Below the pieces are notes generated by a model, which searched no databases, was not told the origin of the DNA, and saw only the letters and a program-made list of their open reading frames with translations. Position numbers and translations under genes: made by a program. Positions 57,473 to 64,000 of a DNA stretch of 64,000 nucleotides are shown here, piece by piece. How positions within the stretch are numbered: position 1 is the first letter of the stretch; each line of letters opens with the position of its first letter. This stretch comes from a virus (lineage: Duplodnaviria; Heunggongvirae; Uroviricota; Caudoviricetes), in the IMG/VR virus record IMGVR_UViG_3300005326_000042, positions 64,001 through 128,000 of that record. The stretch is one strand, 5' to 3'.

Positions 57473-58201
57473 ATGCCTATTGTTGTTGCAGACCTCATAT
57501 ACTATCTTACAAAATCAACCGCATCGGCCGATGGTGAAGCTGGCGGAAATGGACTTGGAGGTTATAGATCCTCGGATGCTATAACTACGAACACAGATAA
57601 TAATCTCTTCGACGATATTACAGGTGCAGAAAGCGCATCTGGGGATGCCGAATATCGCGCTATGATGATTAAAAATACTCATGCTTCTTTAACTCTTGGT
57701 AGTCCTAAAGTTTGGATGGATTCCAATTCACCTCAAACGGCCTTAACGGTAGAACTTGCTGCTGGCGGCTCTGAAGTATCAGTAACTGTTTCTTCTACTA
57801 CAGGATTTCCTGCATCTGGAGCTATTTTTGTTGAGGATGAGGAAATTACATATACTTCAACAGATGCTACCAACTTCTTGGGAGCTTCAAGAGGAGCAAA
57901 TGGAACAACTAAGGCGCTCCATTCTGTTGGTGCTAAAGCAGAACACAATCAATTAAGAATTGCTATAGAAGATCCTTCAAACAATTCAACTGGATATATT
58001 CAAACTATTGCGGATGAATCCACTGCCCCAACGGGTCTTTCTTGGACTGCAAACTACACTTATGCAACTGGATTATCCGTTCAAGATCTTGCTGCGGGGG
58101 AGTTTTATGGAATCTGGCTTAGAAGAAAAATTCCTGCTGGATGTAATGCGAAGACGGGAATTTATGTAACGCCTCGTATACGTGGAGAAACTGCGGAGTA
58201 G
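57473..58201 (+). CDS. Virion structural protein with an inserted fibre domain
   Basis: NNLFDD.TG.ES..G..EYR motif; insert V.STTGFP..G.I.VEDE.I.YT...RG..GT. Confidence 0.6.
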   Translation: MPIVVADLIYYLTKSTASADGEAGGNGLGGYRSSDAITTNTDNNLFDDITGAESASGDAEYRAMMIKNTHASLTLGSPKVWMDSNSPQTALTVELAAGGSEVSVTVSSTTGFPASGAIFVEDEEITYTSTDATNFLGASRGANGTTKALHSVGAKAEHNQLRIAIEDPSNNSTGYIQTIADESTAPTGLSWTANYTYATGLSVQDLAAGEFYGIWLRRKIPAGCNAKTGIYVTPRIRGETAE

Positions 58202-58204
58202 ACT

Positions 58205-59110
58205 ATGACTAAAAACTGGGCTATTTTTCCAAAAGCATCAGAAAATATAATAGATAGCTCTGCCCATATGCAGTATCTCAAAGGTGCTCTTGGGGGATAT
58301 GGAGTTTTAACTGGATGTGCGGTTTCAAGAGCTTCTGATAGCTCAGTTACTGCCGCTTCTGGCACATATACAAATAATGGAGTTAAAACCACTTTTGCAG
58401 GAGACACTTTAAGTAGCATTACCGCAGCCGCCGCAGGGAAACATCGCTATGATCTAGTATACATTGATGGAGCGGACGATACTCTAAAACTTGCAGCAGG
58501 AACTGAAGAAACTCCTACAGATGTAAATGATTTTCTGGAAAATAAACTTCCTCTTCCAGCTTCTGTTTCTGACACAGATTGGATTGTTCTTGCTGTAATA
58601 AGGGTTACAGACGCGGGAATTACAGATGCCGAATTCGGGACTTATGCTACAAATTCTGTAGCAGACATGAGAATGTCATTTGCTTTTGGGGTCGATGATT
58701 CAACTTTACAAGTTGATAGTAACGGAATTGTATCAGTAAAAACTAGTGCGACCCAAAAATCTGTTTGGTCTAACTTCCTTATTGACGGTGGAGGGTCAGT
58801 AATTGAAACGGGGATTAGAGGTTATATAACTGTTCCTGCATGTACAATTTTAGCTGTCAGACTACTTGCTGATCAAACAGGCTCTATTGTCGTCGATCTT
58901 TGGAAGGATACTCTAGGAAATTACGCACCAACAGATGCCGACTCTATCTGTGCAGCGGCTGTCCCAACTTTAAGTTCTGCGATCACGATGGAAGATACGA
59001 CTTTAACTGGCTGGACCACATCTTGTTCGGACGGAGATATTATATTTTTCAACGTTGATAGTTGCACGACTATAACAAAATGTACCGTTGCTCTAAAAAT
59101 ACGAATATGA
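58205..59110 (+). CDS. Tail fibre/baseplate-attached fibre protein
   Basis: RYDLV domain plus C-terminal IDGGG...LLADQ.GSIV.D.WK...PTLSSA domain. Confidence 0.65.
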   Translation: MTKNWAIFPKASENIIDSSAHMQYLKGALGGYGVLTGCAVSRASDSSVTAASGTYTNNGVKTTFAGDTLSSITAAAAGKHRYDLVYIDGADDTLKLAAGTEETPTDVNDFLENKLPLPASVSDTDWIVLAVIRVTDAGITDAEFGTYATNSVADMRMSFAFGVDDSTLQVDSNGIVSVKTSATQKSVWSNFLIDGGGSVIETGIRGYITVPACTILAVRLLADQTGSIVVDLWKDTLGNYAPTDADSICAAAVPTLSSAITMEDTTLTGWTTSCSDGDIIFFNVDSCTTITKCTVALKIRI

Positions 59111-59119
59111 GGTTTAAAT

Positions 59120-60136
59120 ATGGTTAACGTTTGTGTTTTTAGGAGGGATGTAACAACCCCCAGTGGGTGGACAGAAGTTCCGGCTCTGCTTCAGAACAGA
59201 TTAATCCTCGCAGACGGCACACCTCTAGATACTGGCGGATCAGATACTCACACTCATAGTCTTACTGGTACTTCAGTATCTACATGGTCTTCGCATATGA
59301 CGTATGTTTGGGTGGCTACCGGTGGGGGCGCTTTATACGGCGCTCAGAATCATACTCATAGTATAAGCTCATCGTCTTCTACGTCTGAAAGTAATTTACC
59401 TTCGTATAAAAACCACAGAATGGTTTATCGTTCTATGACTGGCTGGGATGGGAAAATTCCTGCGGGGTCGGTTATATTTCGAGAAGAAGTCCCAACCGGT
59501 TATAGCAGAGTTGATGCAGGAGAATCATATTTTATTAGAATTGCTGGAACCGCAGGAGGTACGGGCGGATCAGACTCACACAATCATACTTGCTCGGTAA
59601 CTTTAGCAAATTGGACTGGGGCAGCGGCGAGATGGCCGCGCGTCAGTGCACCAACCTTATCTGTAATAAACGGTATACACGGTCACAATTCGGCAAATGG
59701 CTTATCTGGTAGTACTACATATGATTACAAATATTGGGGTTGCGGGCTAATATCTGCGGATTCTGAAGAAGAGGTTGTAATAAATTCTTATTTATTGTTC
59801 GATAACACTCCGAGTGAAACGCAATGGGAAGTAGTTACTGCGACAGGAAGATATTTAAAGTGTCTAAGTACTTATACTGTTGCAACAGGCGGAACGAATA
59901 CTACTTTAACTCATACACATACTTTATCAATGACTTCTAATACGTCAAATAATTGTAACAGTGCTGATGCCGGTACAAATGCCACGGGAGATTATTGTTC
60001 ACACACTCATACAATTACGGCAAGTTTGGGTTCGCAGGAAATTCAACCACCTTTTGTTGTGTTTGTATTAGCAAGAGCAAAAGTAAATCTTGGAACAAAG
60101 ATAAGGTCTTTTTTTGTATCAACTTTTGGAGCATGA
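59120..60136 (+). CDS. Tail fibre with three collar-like/HxH repeats
   Basis: P.G/W...TGG....H.H unit three times; six HxH motifs. Confidence 0.7.
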   Translation: MVNVCVFRRDVTTPSGWTEVPALLQNRLILADGTPLDTGGSDTHTHSLTGTSVSTWSSHMTYVWVATGGGALYGAQNHTHSISSSSSTSESNLPSYKNHRMVYRSMTGWDGKIPAGSVIFREEVPTGYSRVDAGESYFIRIAGTAGGTGGSDSHNHTCSVTLANWTGAAARWPRVSAPTLSVINGIHGHNSANGLSGSTTYDYKYWGCGLISADSEEEVVINSYLLFDNTPSETQWEVVTATGRYLKCLSTYTVATGGTNTTLTHTHTLSMTSNTSNNCNSADAGTNATGDYCSHTHTITASLGSQEIQPPFVVFVLARAKVNLGTKIRSFFVSTFGA

Positions 60137-60140
60137 AATT

Positions 60141-60545
60141 ATGTCGGATGATTTTGTAACTAAAGAAGAATATAACAGTCTTCTTAATAAAATAAAGGTT
60201 TTGGAATCTAGAATATATCACCCATTGCCTTTCGTTATCGAGGACGTAGCAACCACAGAATCTATTTTTACCATTCTTATCGAGAAAGGAATTACTACCT
60301 CACGAGAAATCGGGAAATATATGAATTTATATGGGACCGCAATTGATGTTATTTTAGCAATTATGTATGATAAAAAAATCGCAACTCCTGAAGATGTTGG
60401 CTTATATATAATTGCTTTCCATCATGTATTAAGAATGAAGCTAACTGATCCAGACATGACAACAGAAAAGGCTGTACAAGAAAGGGTTGATTTTGTAGGG
60501 GAGATTAAAAAATCTAAAACTCCCCTTAAACTCATGGGACAATGA
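60141..60545 (+). CDS. Hypothetical helical protein
   Basis: GGAG RBS before ATG 60141. Confidence 0.55.
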   Translation: MSDDFVTKEEYNSLLNKIKVLESRIYHPLPFVIEDVATTESIFTILIEKGITTSREIGKYMNLYGTAIDVILAIMYDKKIATPEDVGLYIIAFHHVLRMKLTDPDMTTEKAVQERVDFVGEIKKSKTPLKLMGQ

Positions 60546-60546
60546 T

Positions 60547-60590
60547 TCATTTTTATTCAATTAACTTTTTTAAAAAGCAAATTATATTTA
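60547..60590 (+). promoter_or_regulatory. Putative late promoter motif
   Basis: 29-nt exact match to 41550-41578. Confidence 0.7.
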
Positions 60591-60630
60591 AACTTCACAC
60601 TTCTCATCAAGCTAAAATTTTGGTGATGAA

Positions 60631-62007
60631 ATGCGAAGTTTAATTATTCTTCTGATAACTGCTCTTGTTTTTATAGGTATGGCAGGAGCAGACCCGTTTC
60701 TGGACGTTAAGGGTACTCCACATCTACAGAAATCCATCCATGCAGTTTCTGGTGTAGGTATTACTTTTGAAGGTGGAGCCTCTAATCTTGATATGAGTGC
60801 TTCTACTGGTACTGTTTCTCTTCCATCTGGAACATTTACTATGACAAACGGAGCCGCCATTCCTGCTAATGAAAGTATAACTATGGCCGCAGGTTCTGGT
60901 GGAATAACGGTTGGTACTGGTGGAATTACAGCAACTTCTAGTCCACTTAATGTTCTGCAAAATACAACTTGGGCTTCTGGAAAATCTCTTACGATGGCAG
61001 GAGCCTCCACACTCACTCTTGGGACGACTGGTCTTACTGCCGTAAGCTCTCCGATTAATGTTCTACAAAACCTTACAATGGCTTCTGCAAAATCTATTGC
61101 AATGTCTGGAGCCTCTACAATTACTACAGGAACTGGAACCGTAGATGTTAACGGTGCGATGACCACAAAAGGAATCGCTATGGATTCTGGTTACAGCTTA
61201 ACCCAAGTAGGTGCGGCTGGGATAACTCTTGGTACAAACGGTCTGTATGCTGTAAGTTCCCCTCTAAATGTTCATGAAAATATGACAATGGCTTCCGCTA
61301 AATCTATTGCCATGTCTGGGGCCAGCACATTTACTTCAGGAACTGGCACTTTTGATGTAAACGGGCTTCTGACAACTAAAGACATTACTCTTGACGCAAA
61401 CGAAAACATCACAATGAGCGGAACCGGAACTGTTACTACAGGTACTGGTGCGGTAGACGTTAACGGTCCGATGACCGCAGTGAATGTTACTCTTGATGCT
61501 AATAAGAACCTCGTCCTCTCTGGAACAGGAGTTATAAGCGGTGCGGCTAGTGTATCCACCGCTGATGCCTCCATAACCGATGACGCGAATTTTGGAGACG
61601 CGGTTAAAGTTGGCGGACTGGCTGAAGTTAATTCTCTTGATGTTAATTTGTCTTCAACCTTTGGTTTGCCTCCTGCTCTTCCGATGAGTGGAGTCATAAC
61701 AGCCGCTACAACCACATACACAACCTCAAATATTGATTCTTTTATTGAAGTAGATGCTTCTGGTGGGAATAGAACGGTTATTCTTCCAGATGCCGCTGCT
61801 TCCGGAATGGAAGGATGTCCGATCTGGATTAAAGCTGTCGTTGATCCCGCAGCAAACTATCTCAGAATTAATGCTACTGGCGGCGACGATATTGACGATG
61901 CCAACTATTATGTGACCACTGAGAATCAGGCCAGCGTAATGGTTGTCAGCGACGGCACAAACTATCAGGTGTTTGCCGTGGACCAAGCTTGGAGTCAACA
62001 CGCCTAG
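60631..62007 (+). CDS. Signal-peptide, Thr/Gly/Ser-rich repetitive adhesin-like protein
   Basis: MRSLIILLITALVFIGMAGA signal; repeats SSP.NV..N.TMASAKSIAMSGAST and TGTG..DVNG; C-terminal domain shared with 32401. Confidence 0.75.
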   Translation: MRSLIILLITALVFIGMAGADPFLDVKGTPHLQKSIHAVSGVGITFEGGASNLDMSASTGTVSLPSGTFTMTNGAAIPANESITMAAGSGGITVGTGGITATSSPLNVLQNTTWASGKSLTMAGASTLTLGTTGLTAVSSPINVLQNLTMASAKSIAMSGASTITTGTGTVDVNGAMTTKGIAMDSGYSLTQVGAAGITLGTNGLYAVSSPLNVHENMTMASAKSIAMSGASTFTSGTGTFDVNGLLTTKDITLDANENITMSGTGTVTTGTGAVDVNGPMTAVNVTLDANKNLVLSGTGVISGAASVSTADASITDDANFGDAVKVGGLAEVNSLDVNLSSTFGLPPALPMSGVITAATTTYTTSNIDSFIEVDASGGNRTVILPDAAASGMEGCPIWIKAVVDPAANYLRINATGGDDIDDANYYVTTENQASVMVVSDGTNYQVFAVDQAWSQHA

Positions 62008-62033
62008 ACTCCAACATTTTTAAGGTGATTTTT

Positions 62034-62159
62034 ATGCCTAAAGTTACGTTTACTGAAAATGGGCAGGTTGTAGAAAAAGAATTCTCAACCGAGTCTGAAG
62101 CTAAGGATTTTAAAAAGATTTTAAAATCCAAAGGTATTAAAGGGAAATGGGAGTGGTAG
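62034..62159 (+). CDS. 41-aa hypothetical protein (below the ORF-track cutoff)
   Basis: AGGTGA RBS; MPKVTFTENGQVVEKEFSTESEAKDFKKILKSKGIKGKWEW. Confidence 0.5.
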   Translation: MPKVTFTENGQVVEKEFSTESEAKDFKKILKSKGIKGKWEW

Positions 62160-62162
62160 AAT

Positions 62163-62408
62163 ATGGTCGATGGAATTGTTTCTGAGGAAGAGGCCAGAGG
62201 AAAAGGAACTCTTCTAGAGCAATATGGCGGACCAAGATTTATTCTTGCGGGAGTAGGATTTCTCTCATACATTCTAATGGTTATCCTAAATCAACTACTT
62301 GTTGTCTTTGGAAAAGCGTCAATGGTTATTGACCCCGCATTTAGTTCTTTGGTTCTACTGATGATTGGTGGATATTTTGTAAGTAGAACTCTCGAAAAGA
62401 AAATTTAA
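62163..62408 (+). CDS. Holin-like two-TM protein
   Basis: Two TM helices, basic C-terminus with GGYFVSR.LEK. Confidence 0.55.
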   Translation: MVDGIVSEEEARGKGTLLEQYGGPRFILAGVGFLSYILMVILNQLLVVFGKASMVIDPAFSSLVLLMIGGYFVSRTLEKKI

Positions 62409-62426
62409 TTTATTTGGTGATTTACG

Positions 62427-64000
62427 ATGAGTACATGGGAAAATAAGACGGCAATAGAGTCTAGGGTTGGGCTCGCCGTCGAAACAACTGAAGGAACCGC
62501 AATTGCGGAACCTACTGTTGAATTGTTTATGATTGAGGGAAACGCCCCCGATCTTCGAGCTGTGTGGGATAACACAATCAAGATGCGGGCATTTAATGAG
62601 CCATATAAGAGAGATTCGATCAGGGGCTACTACCACGCAGAAGCGGATACTCCTGGACTGAAGTTCTGTCCATCAAATGGTATTCCTGAAATTCTGGAAG
62701 TCGCATTTGGTAATGAGTGGTATTCAAAACAGGTTTATGCCCTTGAAGTTGAGACAGGAGGCGGCGCTACTTTCGCAAGAGGAAATAAACTGTTTGGAAA
62801 AACTTCTCTTGCCAGAGCAGAAGTAGTTAGAGTTGTAAGCGACGTTCTGTGGCTTACGGGTTCTCAGGGAACTTTTGGCGAAGGCGAAGATCTTCTCAAT
62901 AAACCATCAGGAACTGATTATGGGAAGAACACCGCAACTATAGATGGCGCGGGAATATCTCACAACGCAGTGTCTGGCTATTACTGTCATAAAATGGATG
63001 CGGTAAGAGACTTCAACTATGCATACTTGGTTAAAGTATCTACTACATCGGCACAAGCTTGTGTCGCAGACCCGATGATAGACTTCTCTGAGTATGGTGT
63101 ATCTACGGGAAATAAGAGAGTATTCGTAACTGTAAAAGACACTGCCACTCCGCAGGTTCCGATATCTGGATGGCTGGGTGCTCCGTGTATGTACCTAGCA
63201 TACGATGGTGGTACTGCTGCCTTTACTGTGGGCGCTAAACTGTCTGCAAAAACAGGCGGAGGCGGTGCGGTAGTAATTGGAAACATTATCTCAATAGTGG
63301 GCGATGCAACATCAGGATACCTGTTTGTAGAGCAGGACGCAACAGCTAGAACAATTCTGGATGAAGACGTTCTATCCGACGATAACGGCACTCCAGGCGC
63401 AGCCGTCGCAAATATGACTCCAATTCCTGCATATTTGAACAACGCCTGTAAGGTTTACAACAATGCTGATTCATCTGGCGCAACTCAGAACTGGAACGGA
63501 AACACAACTTCATTTGATGAAACCGATGTGTTGACTTTCACAGCACAACAGAGGAAATTTGATCAGAAATCTCTCACTATGTTCGTCAAGGATGCAGGAG
63601 CCGATACAAGACGCGGAATAGGGATGAAAGTTCGGGAACTTGCGTTTGATATTACCGCAGATAAGTTCACTTTCGATTGTTCGTTCCTTGGCAGAGCACT
63701 CGATGATCCGACAACCGAACCAGCGTATCCAGGCGGGATTACAAATACTTCTCCGTTTGGGGCGCAAACGAGAACTTTCGAACTTGACGGTTCTTCGAGT
63801 GGTCAGGCTACTCAGGTTAACAGGGCTAGATTTTCTGCAACTTTTGATTTTAGTCCAGCTAAGGGTGTTGTGATTACTGAGAATAACCCGACGAATTTGC
63901 AACCAACTGCATATAATATTCTGGGAACTTTGGATGTTTTGTGGTTGTCTGATCAATTATTAAAGGATTTCTGGAATAATGCAAGTGCAACAGCTCCTGT
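62427..64000 (+). CDS. Major tail tube protein with a large domain insertion (3'-truncated by the window; missed by the ORF track)
   Basis: GGTGA RBS; 524 codons open to the window end; SRVGLAVETTEGT / F.P..G..E.LE.AFG and KSLT...G..V.EL.F...F...G tube-like motifs. Confidence 0.75.
   Translation, partial: MSTWENKTAIESRVGLAVETTEGTAIAEPTVELFMIEGNAPDLRAVWDNTIKMRAFNEPYKRDSIRGYYHAEADTPGLKFCPSNGIPEILEVAFGNEWYSKQVYALEVETGGGATFARGNKLFGKTSLARAEVVRVVSDVLWLTGSQGTFGEGEDLLNKPSGTDYGKNTATIDGAGISHNAVSGYYCHKMDAVRDFNYAYLVKVSTTSAQACVADPMIDFSEYGVSTGNKRVFVTVKDTATPQVPISGWLGAPCMYLAYDGGTAAFTVGAKLSAKTGGGGAVVIGNIISIVGDATSGYLFVEQDATARTILDEDVLSDDNGTPGAAVANMTPIPAYLNNACKVYNNADSSGATQNWNGNTTSFDETDVLTFTAQQRKFDQKSLTMFVKDAGADTRRGIGMKVRELAFDITADKFTFDCSFLGRALDDPTTEPAYPGGITNTSPFGAQTRTFELDGSSSGQATQVNRARFSATFDFSPAKGVVITENNPTNLQPTAYNILGTLDVLWLSDQLLKDFWNNASATAP

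Noticed and set aside
32401-62007. Possible DGR template/variable repeat pair (32600-32750 vs 61840-61970), and likewise 290-410 vs 1785-1905
   Set aside because: Differences are mostly synonymous and not adenine-specific, and no reverse transcriptase is present; these look like ordinary diverged paralogs
60612-63956. Long antisense ORFs (60612-61166, 61272-61721, 63017-63442, 63510-63956)
   Set aside because: Shadow frames of the Thr/Ser/Gly-rich adhesin and tail tube genes
1-64000. tRNA genes, integrase/att site, DNA polymerase
   Set aside because: No cloverleaf or T-loop consensus and no recombinase or polymerase motifs found by eye; a tRNAscan-SE run would be needed to exclude intron-containing tRNAs

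Overview
A 64 kb segment of a large, AT-rich head-tailed (Caudoviricetes, siphovirus-like) virus. The host is most likely an archaeon, probably a methanogen: BRE/TATA promoters, GGTGA/GGAGG ribosome-binding sites, a COG3432-like wHTH gene and a Methanosarcinales-style TnpB all point that way. 1-21.8 kb: many small early/middle hypothetical genes in alternating strand blocks, plus a TnpB element, a NADAR hydrolase, an HNH gene, a wHTH regulator and a TM2 membrane protein. 21.8-24.8 kb: a ~3 kb non-coding, repeat-rich origin-like region. 24.8-41.5 kb: RHH and HNH genes; a cluster of a 198-aa protein with 30 aromatic-x-Asp/Asn motifs, a radical SAM/SPASM enzyme, an LGYPxCC protein and a GT2 glycosyltransferase; a separate tailspike module; a Cas4-like nuclease; an NT5C nucleotidase; a diverged second copy of the major capsid protein; several HNH genes; and two promoter-plus-hairpin candidate sRNAs. 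41.6-64 kb: head and tail morphogenesis genes (protease/scaffold, decoration, MCP, connectors, 1939-aa tape measure, tail tip and fibres, a signal-peptide adhesin-like protein, a holin-like protein) and a displaced tail tube gene that runs off the window end. No terminase, portal, polymerase, integrase, tRNA or CRISPR array was seen. The best candidates for novelty are the viral radical SAM/poly(aromatic-x-D/N) modification system and the MCP paralog. All family assignments come from motif recognition by eye, not database searches.
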